A stretch of 64,000 nucleotides of DNA, from the NCBI GenBank assembly GCA_963663895.2, contig CAXXRD010000001.1, positions 512,001 to 576,000 of the forward strand, given 5' to 3'. The stretch comes from Dehalococcoidia bacterium. Lineage in GTDB: Bacteria > Chloroflexota > Dehalococcoidia > Bin125. Shown here one piece after another: positions 55,153-64,000 of this stretch. Position 1 is the stretch's first letter; each line of letters starts with the position of its first letter. Below the pieces are notes generated by a model. It was not told the DNA's origin and searched no databases. It saw nothing but the letters and a program-made list of their open reading frames with translations. The position numbers were made by a program, and so were the translations under genes.

Positions 55153-55437
55153 CCGGCCGCGGGCGGCGGGAACGCGGCCGGGGGCCGGCCACGCGGGAGG
55201 CACTGGATGCAGAGACGCATGCCCGGCGTTGCGGGGATCGAGCGCCCGCGGATCGCCCCGGAAGCCGGGGCGCGGTCCCGCCGAGCTTCCGCGCGCCGCG
55301 CGCAGCCGCGCGCTTTTAATTACCCCCCCACATTGGGCGCACCCTACATCTAGGACTTCTAAGCAGCCTTCTCCCGCCAGCCCGCCGGGGTCGGCGTATG
55401 ACGGCCATGCCCGCGGCGTGGCCGCTTTTCCGCGTCC

Positions 55438-56403
55438 ATGCCGAGAGCCGCCGCCTACGCGACCGCCCGCACCATCAAGACGAGCGCCGACGTGGAAGTC
55501 CGCGTCTGGCAAGCCGTCAGCGACGAGGCCCTTTATATCAGCTACCGCCCCGCCGGCGGGACGTGGACCACGGACAACACGCCGCTGGACATGGCCGAGC
55601 TGAGCGCGTCGGGGCGCTTCCGGCAGAGTCCGATCACGACGGTGTCCGTGCCCGTCAGCGTTCCCGTGCCGGAGCCGCCGCCGTTCGACGATCACGGCAA
55701 CACCCTGGCCGTTGCCAGCCCCCTGGCGCTCGGCGCGACGATCGACGCCATGATCGATTACGAAGGCGATGCGGACGCGTTCGCCTTCGAGGCGACGGCG
55801 GGAAGCTGGTACCGCATCGCGATCGGGGGCGATCTCGCGCTCGCGGTCGGGGGCGATCTCGCGCTCGCGGATCGAAATGTCAACCTGAACCTGCACGGTC
55901 CCGATGGAGTGTGGATCGAGAGCTTCTTCGGCGCCGCCGGCCGCTTCGCGGCCGCGGCGACGGGCCGGCATTACTTCACCATCTACTCCTTCGCGCATCC
56001 GGCGCTTCCCGGTTCACCGTGGACCGGCCCCTACACCCTCACCGTCACCCCGGTCGATCCCCCCGGCCCGCCACCCCTCACCCTGGCCCTCTCGAATGAC
56101 GCCGACGGGGCGCTGCTAATGGCCGCCCGCTTCGCGCCGGACGCGACGCCGTACGCCGGCGCCGCGATCATCTTTGCGAGCGGCGCGCAGCTCAGCTACA
56201 CCCTGACCGCGGCGCCGGCGGCGGGCGCGTGGGCCGATCTCACCGCGCAGCACTCGTTGGCGGTCGCGCATGGCCTCGTGACCACCGCCCACTTCTTTGT
56301 CGGCTCCTCCGGGGAAGTCGGCTATCGCGACTATGACTGCGTCGCCGACGACGCCGCCAGCACGGCCGAGCGCACCGTCTACGAGTGTCGGGAACGGGAG
56401 TAG
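55438..56403 (+). CDS. Hypothetical protein with PPC-like (pre-peptidase C-terminal) domain
   Basis: DDHGNT..A, IDYEGDADAFAF, G.YTL.V; 24-bp tandem duplication at 55823-55870. Confidence 0.65.
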   Translation: MPRAAAYATARTIKTSADVEVRVWQAVSDEALYISYRPAGGTWTTDNTPLDMAELSASGRFRQSPITTVSVPVSVPVPEPPPFDDHGNTLAVASPLALGATIDAMIDYEGDADAFAFEATAGSWYRIAIGGDLALAVGGDLALADRNVNLNLHGPDGVWIESFFGAAGRFAAAATGRHYFTIYSFAHPALPGSPWTGPYTLTVTPVDPPGPPPLTLALSNDADGALLMAARFAPDATPYAGAAIIFASGAQLSYTLTAAPAAGAWADLTAQHSLAVAHGLVTTAHFFVGSSGEVGYRDYDCVADDAASTAERTVYECRERE

Positions 56404-56469
56404 GCGCCCTGCTACCCTGCCGGCGCCGTCGCGTTCCCGTTGACCGCGCGACGAGCCTCTAGCGCCGGC

Positions 56470-56643
56470 GGGGCGCGGGATCGTGTAGTGGATCGTGGCT
56501 CGCCCGGGCCGCACCGGGATCGCCTTCACGAAGGAGCGCACGAACGCCCGTGTCTCTGTGCTCTCGCTGGGAGCGAGGAACTCGCTCATCTCCTCCGCGC
56601 AGGCCGCCACGGTCTCCGCGCCGTCCAGCAGCGCGCGACGCCC
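56470..56643 (-). pseudogene. Large serine recombinase C-terminal remnant
   Basis: EEMSEFL..SE.TETRAFVRSFVK.I.VRPG.A.IHYTIP. Confidence 0.6.
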
Positions 56644-56679
56644 GGCGAGCGTGGCGCCCGGTCATCGTCCAAGCGCCCG
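56644..56679. repeat. 36-bp hairpin-forming repeat, copy 1
   Basis: GGCGAGCGTGGCGCCCGGTCATCGTCCAAGCGCCCG; 35/36 identical to 58497-58532. Confidence 0.85.
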
Positions 56680-56800
56680 GCCGGCCCGTGGGTTCGACTC
56701 CCAACTCGCGCAGCAGGCGGGCAGCGTGGTGTAGGCGGCGCCCGTGTCGACGGTGGCCTCGATCTCCCTGGACGGCCCACCGTTCATACCGGAGATCCGG
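56680..56800 (-). pseudogene. Clan AA aspartic protease fragment, frameshifted
   Basis: REIEATVDTGAAYTTLP then LLRELGVEPTGR in a shifted frame. Confidence 0.65.
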
Positions 56801-57055
56801 AATCGATTCTAGCCCGTCACCGGCAGGCGCGAGCCCGCCGCTGGGGTTCGAGCGTGTCCCGGCCGTACGGGGCATACAAGGGTCCGGGCAGTGCCTTCCG
56901 ATGCGAGCGCCCCTCAGCGCCCGGCGCCTCGCTCCTGACGAGGAAGAGCGTCTCTACCTTTTCGCCCCCCGACCATCCCGACACTGAATCCCTGTACGGC
57001 GGCTTTTTCGCGTCCCGCGGTCTTTTGGGTCGGCGGCGAACGCAGAACGCCGGAG

Positions 57056-58420
57056 TCAGCGCGCCTCGACGAACAGGGTGTAGGTACCGAGGTCGTAGCC
57101 CCAGACATCAATGTAGTGGTCGCCGGAGTAGTCGGCCAGCCAGTAGATGCGCGAGGCGAAGGTGTCCGCATAGTCGTCGCTGAAGGCCAGTTGCCGCCAC
57201 TCCGCGTCGTAGAGCGTGAGCACGGAGTCACCCAACGTGACGAGTCCGATGTCGATCTCGTAGAGGACGCCCTGCTCCGCCTCGAAGACGAAGTAGTCGG
57301 AGTCGTGATCCGAGCCCAACTCCCCCGACGCCTGCACTCCGACGGCGATCACGGTGGCGCCGTCGGGGAAGTCGGCGTGGTCGTCGGGGCCGTCGCCGCT
57401 CGCGGCGCTCGCCGCGTCCGTGAACTGGGACAGGACGGGCAGGCAGACCAGCAGGCCCGTGTAGAAACGTTCGGCCCCCGGGCTGTCCTCGCCGACCAGA
57501 TCGGACGCCTCGGTCTCATCCAGCAGTCGACGCAGGCACGCCTCCGCCTCGGGGTCGATCTCCGGTCCGCCGCCGCCGAAGCTGGCCAGCAGCGACGGCG
57601 AGCAGCGGAACAGACCAAAGGTCAGCTCCACCAGTGGCGCGTCGTCGCCCGCGTCCATCGCGTCCAGCAGCGCGATCACGTCCAGCTCGCGGGCCCACTC
57701 TCGGATGCAGGCGCGTTCGGGCTCACTGACCGCGTCGCTGTCCACGCCAATCTCCGCCGCGACCGACTCGAACAGCAACTCGGGCAGGCAGCGCCAGATG
57801 CCGGCGAGGAAGGCGTTGCCCTCCGGGCCGTCGTCCTCCCTGGCCGCCACCACGGTGGCGGGATCGACCCCGGCCAGAACCTCGCGCAGGCAAGCCATTT
57901 CCGCTGCGCCGGCCTCCATCCCCTCCTCCTCCATGCCCGCGAGCAACGAGCCGAGCAGCAGGTCGCGGCCGGTCTCCGGGGCGAGGCAAGCGAACAAGTC
58001 CGTTTCCCAGGCCGGGGTCGTTTCTTCGCGCAAGACCTCGCGCGCAAGCAGCGCCGCCGCCTCGTCGCCGAACTGGTCGCGGATGCAGGCCTGCTCCGAA
58101 GCCGTCAGCGTCTCGAACACATCCTGCCAGGACGTGCTGCGATCGAGAGTCAGCGCCCACTCCGCCGATTCGTCTGCGTCCTGCGGCGCGTCGCCGGCGG
58201 AGGGTTCGGCCTGCTCATCGTTCGCCGTTGATGCCGCCGCGTTGCGCTGCTCGGTCCGCGATTCGGCGGTCTCCGGCTCATCCGCCGCCGTGGTCGTCTC
58301 CGCAGCCGGCCCGACGGCGTCGGGCGCCGGATCGCCGCCCGAGCAGCCGGCCAGCGTGGCGACCGCGACGAGCGCAAGCGTCAGTGATATCAGCCAGTGG
58401 CGCAGGATCGCATTCACCAC
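57056..58420 (-). CDS. Lipoprotein with Cys-paired helical repeats and C-terminal PPC-like domain
   Basis: Lipobox LAGC; E.AC[IL]R...C[LS] x4; DDHAD...D.DYF.F. Confidence 0.8.
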   Translation of the reverse strand: MVNAILRHWLISLTLALVAVATLAGCSGGDPAPDAVGPAAETTTAADEPETAESRTEQRNAAASTANDEQAEPSAGDAPQDADESAEWALTLDRSTSWQDVFETLTASEQACIRDQFGDEAAALLAREVLREETTPAWETDLFACLAPETGRDLLLGSLLAGMEEEGMEAGAAEMACLREVLAGVDPATVVAAREDDGPEGNAFLAGIWRCLPELLFESVAAEIGVDSDAVSEPERACIREWARELDVIALLDAMDAGDDAPLVELTFGLFRCSPSLLASFGGGGPEIDPEAEACLRRLLDETEASDLVGEDSPGAERFYTGLLVCLPVLSQFTDAASAASGDGPDDHADFPDGATVIAVGVQASGELGSDHDSDYFVFEAEQGVLYEIDIGLVTLGDSVLTLYDAEWRQLAFSDDYADTFASRIYWLADYSGDHYIDVWGYDLGTYTLFVEAR

Positions 58421-58496
58421 GATTCACCCTGTGTCCGAGACGCCCAGACCCAGGCTACTGCGTTGCGGCCCGGCGGTCTTGCGCTTGGCCTGTGAA

Positions 58497-58532
58497 GGCG
58501 AGCGTGGCGCCCGGTCATCGTCCAGGCGCCCG
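58497..58532. repeat. 36-bp hairpin-forming repeat, copy 2
   Basis: Intergenic, just downstream of the Cache gene stop. Confidence 0.85.
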
Positions 58533-58553
58533 CCGCCGGCATACCTTTCGCGC

Positions 58554-60311
58554 TTACTCTTCCTCGTAGTAGGCGCTGGAGAATACATACCCGTCGTGGC
58601 GAATGATCCAGAGATTCACCACCAAATTCCCCGATGCTCTCGGATTGGGCCACTCGTACTGGAACCAGTGGCCTTCCTCCGTCGCGCCGAGCATCTCTTC
58701 GCCTATCGGCTCTCCGGCCAAAATCCCCCTGAACGCGCCGGCCGCCTGGCCAACCAGTTCGGGCGCCACGGCGGAGGCAACGATATCGCCCTCGGGACCG
58801 ACGATCATCAGCCAGTACGAGCCATCTATGCTCTCTTGGCTGTTGTAGTAGGCCAGCGTCGCCTCCACGCCCTCCCGTTCGTAGTATGCGATCGCCTTTT
58901 GCACGTAGCCTTTCGCGTAGGCTGCGGGATCATCAACGGCCGGATAGTAGCCCGACGCGAAGATCAGCCCGTCGCGGCGCACCGCGTAGCCCACCTTGGG
59001 AACTTCCTGCAGCGTCACCGGGTGCGGCCAGAGGTACTCCACCCAGACGCCTTCGCCGCCATCCTCGGCCGCGGCCAGCGCCTTGCCCAGCTCGTAGCCG
59101 TCCGACCCCACCACCTCCTTGATGTCCGTCCCGATCAGCCGGGGCAGCAGGGGATGGACGTGGTAGATGTCGTTCGCGTCGGTGGCGAAGAGGTACCACT
59201 CGCCCTCGAAGCTGGCGACGCTGTTGTAGTAGTTGCGCATGGACTCCAGACCGTCGCGCTCGTACCGCTCAATGGCCCGCTCCACGTACTGCACGGTGTA
59301 CTCCCGTGGATCGGCGTCCTGCCAGGGGGGGGAATCCACCTTGGACCCGCCGGCATAGTAGCCCGACGCGAAGATCAGCCCGTCGTGGCGGACGGCCCAG
59401 GTGATCTTCGGCTGCTCCTTCCGGGTGACCGGATGGGGCCACAGATACTCCACCCAGACGCCCTCCTCGGTGGCCCGGGCGATCTCCTTGCCCAGCTCCT
59501 GCCCGTCGGACCCCACCACCTCCTTGATATCCGTCCCGATCAGGTGCGGGAAGACGGGATGGACCAGGTAGTGGTCGTCGGCCCCGATCAGGAACAGGTA
59601 GAACTGACCCTCCAGGCTGTCCGGGCTGTTGTAGTGGGCGATGACGGCGTCGAGGCCGTCCGCGTTGTACTTGGCGATGGCCTTGTTCACGTACTCCTTG
59701 GTGGGCTCCGCCAAGTTCTCCTGCAGGACGGAGTGGCTGGATATGAAAAGCCAGCCGTCGTAAAGGATGAAGTAGGTGCGGAGATCATCCTCTCTGACCA
59801 CGACGCCAGCGTCCGTCAGGGTAGGATGGATCTCCCGATGCTCCAGCCAATCGCCGGCCTCGGTCGCTCTTTCCAAGAAATGGCCAGCATATTCGTACTT
59901 CTGGCCCAGAATAATGTCCTGATAAAACGGGATCGCTATCGCCGTGCCGTCATCCCCGTCGAGGATGATCAAGTACCGTTCCCCCTCGATGCTCTCCTCA
60001 CTGCTGTAGTAGGCGACGGTGGCATCCAGCCCGTCCCGCTTGTACCGCTCTACCGCCTCCTCCACGTAGGCGCGGGTGAGGGCGTCGTCTTCGTTGACGG
60101 GCTCGGATTCCGGGGTCGGCGCCGGCGCCGGCTCAGCAGGCTCGGGCGCCGGAGTTGCCGCCGGCGCAGGCTCGGCGGGGTCGGCCACAGGGGTCGGCGG
60201 CGGGTCATCGCCGCAGGCCACACTGAACGTCGCCACAGAAACCAAGGCAAGCGCCAATATCAGCAGGGCCGCGCCCGCCGACCGCCGCGCAACCCGTCTC
60301 GTCTGCAACAT
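58554..60311 (-). CDS. Lipoprotein with four tandem single-Cache-like domains
   Basis: Lipobox SVAC; repeated YV..AI..Y...G, YLF, WVEYLWPHPVT, DGLIFASGYY. Confidence 0.85.
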   Translation of the reverse strand: MLQTRRVARRSAGAALLILALALVSVATFSVACGDDPPPTPVADPAEPAPAATPAPEPAEPAPAPTPESEPVNEDDALTRAYVEEAVERYKRDGLDATVAYYSSEESIEGERYLIILDGDDGTAIAIPFYQDIILGQKYEYAGHFLERATEAGDWLEHREIHPTLTDAGVVVREDDLRTYFILYDGWLFISSHSVLQENLAEPTKEYVNKAIAKYNADGLDAVIAHYNSPDSLEGQFYLFLIGADDHYLVHPVFPHLIGTDIKEVVGSDGQELGKEIARATEEGVWVEYLWPHPVTRKEQPKITWAVRHDGLIFASGYYAGGSKVDSPPWQDADPREYTVQYVERAIERYERDGLESMRNYYNSVASFEGEWYLFATDANDIYHVHPLLPRLIGTDIKEVVGSDGYELGKALAAAEDGGEGVWVEYLWPHPVTLQEVPKVGYAVRRDGLIFASGYYPAVDDPAAYAKGYVQKAIAYYEREGVEATLAYYNSQESIDGSYWLMIVGPEGDIVASAVAPELVGQAAGAFRGILAGEPIGEEMLGATEEGHWFQYEWPNPRASGNLVVNLWIIRHDGYVFSSAYYEEE

Positions 60312-60373
60312 GTCGTTTCCCTCTCCCTGCCTGGCGGCTTAGGCAGCCGTTCCTCGCCCTAACTTATCTACGC

Positions 60374-62335
60374 CTATCCGTCGCTCTGGGCCGAATCAGG
60401 AACGTCCGGCCGGTCGTCGTAGTAGCGTGAGGTGAAGAGCAGCCCGTCGTAGCGGATGGCCCAGGTATGCGCGTACAAGATCTCCGAGGACCGGACGTTG
60501 GGGAAGACGTTGCTGACCCAGAGGCCCTCCTCGGTGGCCGCCGCCATCTCCCTGCCAATCTGCCGGATGCGGCCCGCGCCAAGATCCTTCAAGTCGGTCC
60601 CTATGAGATGTTGAGCGAGCAGGGCGACGCGCACGATGTCGTTCTCATCGGCCAGGGTCAGGCTCCACTGGCCGTCAGCGCTCTCCTCACTGTTGTAATG
60701 GGCGATGGTGGCGTCCAGGCCGTTGGCCTGGTAGTACTCGACGGCCTGCTGTACATACGCCTGGGTCTGCGCCGCCGGGTCTTCCACGTGGACGTAGTAG
60801 CCGGAGGCGAAGAGCATCCCGTCGCGGCGCACCGCGTAGCCCACCTTGGGAACTTCCTTGAGCGTCACCGGATGCGGCCACAGGTACTCCACCCAGACGC
60901 CTTCGCCGCCATCCTCGGCCGCGGCCAGCGCCTTACCCAGCTCGTAGCCGTCCGACCCCACCACCTCCTTGATGTCCGTCCCGATCAGCTGGGGCAGCAG
61001 CGGATGGACATGGTAGATGTCGTTCGCGTCGGTGGCGAAGAGGTACCACTCGCCCTCGAAGCTGGCGACGCTGTTGTAGTAGTTGCGCATGGATTCCAGA
61101 CCGTCGCGCTCGTACCGCTCAATGGCCCGCTCCACGTACTGCACGGTGTACTCCCGCGGGTCGGCGTCCTGCCAAGGGGGGGCGCCCGCCTCGGGCGCGC
61201 CGACATAGTAGCCCGACGCGAAGATCAGCCCGTCGTGGCGGACGGCCCAGGTGACCTTCTGCTGCTCCTTCCGGGTGATCGGATGGGGCCACAGGTACTC
61301 CACCCAGACGCCCTCCTCGGTGGCCCGGGCGATCTCCTTGCCCAGCTCCTGCCCGTCGGACCCCACCACCTCCTTGATGTCCGTCCCAATCAGGTGCGGG
61401 AAGATGGGATGGGCCAGGTAGTGGTCGTCGGCCCCGATTAGGAACAGGTAGAACTGGCCCTCCAGGCTGTCCGAGCTGTTGTAGTGCGCGATGGTGGCGT
61501 CGAGGCCGTCCTCGTCGTATTTGGCGATGGCCTTGCGCACGTACTCCTTAGTGGACTCTCCCACGTCCTCCGTCAGGGCGGAATGGCTGGCGACGAACAC
61601 CAGGCCGTCATGAAGGACGCCAAAGACCCGTCGCGGCTCCTCCTGCTTGGTGACCGGGTTGATGCCCCGGGTCGTAACCCAGCGGCCTTCTTCGGTGGCG
61701 ACGGCTGTCAACCCCCCCAAAGCGGGGAACCTCGAGCCGGGGCCGACGTACTGGCCCTCCAGGCTGCGAAGGGCGTGGTACACCAGCAATACGCTTTCTT
61801 CAGCGTCCAGGATGATCAGCGGGCGCCCGTCGGCGACGCCGGTCGCGCTCCGGTAGTAGGCGACCGTGGCCGCCCGCCCATTGGCTTTGTAGTAGTCGAT
61901 GACGTCCATCACGTAAGCGTGGGTGAGTATCTCGTCCGCGTTGTTCAGGCCATGGATCGCGGTTAGCGACTGCCACGCGCCCCAGGAAGTGGCGGCGGGG
62001 GCTTGCCGGCTCTCGCTGCCCACGCTGAACCAGTAGGCGTCGTCCTTGATGAGACTCTCGGCTGGTACGACGTGCGTGGCGCCGGCCGGGACGGCGGCGT
62101 AGTGCAGCGCCGCGGTCCAGTCGCCGGCGTCTCTGGCCGCCTGGTATTCGTCGTCGTTCATCCACGCCACCCAGTGGGCGGCGGCATCATTCTGGTCCCA
62201 GCTGACGAGGACGCCTTCCTCGGTGCTGACCAGCGTCACCCCGCTGGGCGCCGCTGGCGAGTGCGCGGCGGCGGCGAAGCCGACGAAGCAGAGGGCGATG
62301 AGGGCGGGGGCGCTGAGAGCCACAAAGCGTTTCAC
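60374..62335 (-). CDS. Secreted protein with FN3-like N-terminus and four Cache-like domains
   Basis: Signal peptide; PAAPSGV..VSW; same Cache repeats. Confidence 0.85.
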   Translation of the reverse strand: MKRFVALSAPALIALCFVGFAAAAHSPAAPSGVTLVSTEEGVLVSWDQNDAAAHWVAWMNDDEYQAARDAGDWTAALHYAAVPAGATHVVPAESLIKDDAYWFSVGSESRQAPAATSWGAWQSLTAIHGLNNADEILTHAYVMDVIDYYKANGRAATVAYYRSATGVADGRPLIILDAEESVLLVYHALRSLEGQYVGPGSRFPALGGLTAVATEEGRWVTTRGINPVTKQEEPRRVFGVLHDGLVFVASHSALTEDVGESTKEYVRKAIAKYDEDGLDATIAHYNSSDSLEGQFYLFLIGADDHYLAHPIFPHLIGTDIKEVVGSDGQELGKEIARATEEGVWVEYLWPHPITRKEQQKVTWAVRHDGLIFASGYYVGAPEAGAPPWQDADPREYTVQYVERAIERYERDGLESMRNYYNSVASFEGEWYLFATDANDIYHVHPLLPQLIGTDIKEVVGSDGYELGKALAAAEDGGEGVWVEYLWPHPVTLKEVPKVGYAVRRDGMLFASGYYVHVEDPAAQTQAYVQQAVEYYQANGLDATIAHYNSEESADGQWSLTLADENDIVRVALLAQHLIGTDLKDLGAGRIRQIGREMAAATEEGLWVSNVFPNVRSSEILYAHTWAIRYDGLLFTSRYYDDRPDVPDSAQSDG

Positions 62336-62569
62336 GGTTCCATCTCCTGAGCGATTGTCGCCGGCGGATCCTGTCCGTTGGGTTGTTCAGATGTCGAGCG
62401 CGCGGATTGATGGTCAATACCATCCTGCCTGTGGGTTAGAGTAGCGGAAGGCGAGCGCGGGGGCACGGTCGCGGAGCGCGCGGGTTTGATGGTCAACCAT
62501 TCCGAGATAGCTTGAAGGTGATTCAAAATTCGCTACGAACCGGATGAGAAGTGCCCGCCGCTAGTGGCA

Positions 62570-64000
62570 ATGACTTCGGCGGTGCAGATATTCCTACCCA
62601 ACACCATCGGCCTCATCATGCTCGTGGCGCTGGTGGTGCGGGCAGCCGGCGAGTCCGACGCCTATTTGAGTTGGGTGACATTTACCGCGCTGGCAGTCTC
62701 CGGCGCCGGCATGATCCTACAAGCCTTTCGGTTCCGGTATCTGGGGTCGGGCCGCCTCATCGTCACCAACTTCAACATTCCCTTCCTGGCGGTTTGCGCT
62801 TTGGCGATCGAAGCCGGCGGGCCGAATCTGCTGGCCAGCTTGATAGTGGCTTCTACGTTGGTGCAGTTCGTTTTGACCCTGCGCCTCGCCGCCCTCCGCC
62901 GGGTGTTTACTTCGACAGTGAGTGGAGTAGTGGTGATGTTAGTGGCGGTTTCCGCCGTGCCTTACATCATCAGCAGCACAGTGGTCGTACCGGAAGGCGT
63001 ATCGTCGACGCTTTTTTTGGCGCCTGGACTGGCCGCTCTGATCGTTGGGATTGCAATATCTCTTCACGGCACGCCGCTTTGGCGCATGTGGATTCTGCCG
63101 GTCACCGGAGCGGCAGGCATAATTGTAGCCGCGCCCCTGGGATTCTACGACATCGGCTCCATAATTGATGCTCCGTGGGTGAGCTTGCCCGGTTTCGGTT
63201 GGCCTGGGTTGGACCTGTCCTTTGACACGAATTTCTGGGCCCTGTTTCCGGTCTTCGTGTTTGTGAATCTGACTGCATTTATGAAAACAGTGGGGGATTT
63301 ATCGGTGATTCACCGCGCCTCCTACCGGAAACCGGAGGCGACTGACTACCGTGCGGTTCAGAGGGGTCTAAACACGTACGGGATGGGCACCCTCTTTTCC
63401 GGCCTCCTGGGAACTGTCCCCGTCGCCGCGCCATGGGCGGTCACCGCAGTGTACATCGGCTTTAACGGCATCGCTGCCAGGAGCGTCGGGATATACCTGG
63501 GACTGCTGACCATAGCAGTCGCCCCCTTTTCCAAATTTCTGGCCGTATTGATCGCCATCCCCGGCCCGGTGGTAAGTGCGGTATACATCATCATTTTCGG
63601 GCTGCTCTTTGTCGAAGGCGCGAAAACGGTCTTCGGCAGTCTCTTCACCGGCCAAGTTGACCAGAAAAAATCCACTATCACCGGCATTTCTATGGTGCTC
63701 GGCCTGTCTGCCGGGATTTTCAGCGGACTTACGGAAGGGATTACCAGTCAGTTGGTGGGCAATACCATCGTCGTCGGCGGTCTTGCGGCCATTGGCATGA
63801 CCTTACTCAACGAATTACCAAGTTTTCGCATCAAGCGGTTGCAGGTTGATCTATCCGAGGCTTCTCTGCCTGCCGTTGACAATTTTCTTAGCCAATTCGC
63901 CGACAGCCATTCATGGACGGAGAACGGGAAAGCCCGGCTGCGGCTGGTAGGGGAAGAGGTGCTGTTGAGCCTGCTGGAAGAAGAGAATGATGGACAGGCG
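62570..64000 (+). CDS. NCS2 (xanthine/uracil permease) family protein, runs off window edge
   Basis: Manual translation: multi-TM, LGSGRL, AGGP, FSKFLAVLIAIPGPV; start uncertain. Confidence 0.75.
   Translation, partial: MTSAVQIFLPNTIGLIMLVALVVRAAGESDAYLSWVTFTALAVSGAGMILQAFRFRYLGSGRLIVTNFNIPFLAVCALAIEAGGPNLLASLIVASTLVQFVLTLRLAALRRVFTSTVSGVVVMLVAVSAVPYIISSTVVVPEGVSSTLFLAPGLAALIVGIAISLHGTPLWRMWILPVTGAAGIIVAAPLGFYDIGSIIDAPWVSLPGFGWPGLDLSFDTNFWALFPVFVFVNLTAFMKTVGDLSVIHRASYRKPEATDYRAVQRGLNTYGMGTLFSGLLGTVPVAAPWAVTAVYIGFNGIAARSVGIYLGLLTIAVAPFSKFLAVLIAIPGPVVSAVYIIIFGLLFVEGAKTVFGSLFTGQVDQKKSTITGISMVLGLSAGIFSGLTEGITSQLVGNTIVVGGLAAIGMTLLNELPSFRIKRLQVDLSEASLPAVDNFLSQFADSHSWTENGKARLRLVGEEVLLSLLEEENDGQA

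Noticed and set aside
57705-60362. 885-aa plus-strand ORF and many other long antisense ORFs
   Set aside because: Shadows of real genes, expected in high-GC DNA; no motifs

Overview
High-GC bacterial chromosome segment. Gene content and protein style suggest Chloroflexota/Dehalococcoidia, possibly host-associated; this is an inference. In order, the window holds: a ZnuABC-type metal transporter; catabolic enzymes (LLM oxidoreductase, two tandem amidohydrolases, cyclodeaminase, acyl-CoA ligase, crotonase); a DsbA-like lipoprotein with an in-frame TGA in a UxxC motif and a SECIS-like hairpin (probable selenoprotein); mct-meh; and rex. A ~14 kb accessory region follows between rex and dnaN (type III R-M, BrxL remnant, MacAB-like exporter with a two-component system). 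It looks like two elements integrated in tandem at the 3' end of dnaN through a dual-coding att site that reads dnaN PMFVQW* on one strand and a recombinase C-terminus on the other. Next come dnaN, a hem/siroheme operon headed by an HTH regulator with a Rex/CRP-type box, a rib operon with a RibD-GNAT fusion, an ECF sigma/anti-sigma pair, lepB, pyrE and tRNA-Lys. A tRNA-anchored islet carries archaeal-type PEP carboxylase. The last stretch is a variable region with a Fur/Zur box, recombinase and protease debris, PPC-domain proteins, two mosaic multi-Cache proteins and an NCS2 permease. All family calls come from motif recognition, not database searches.
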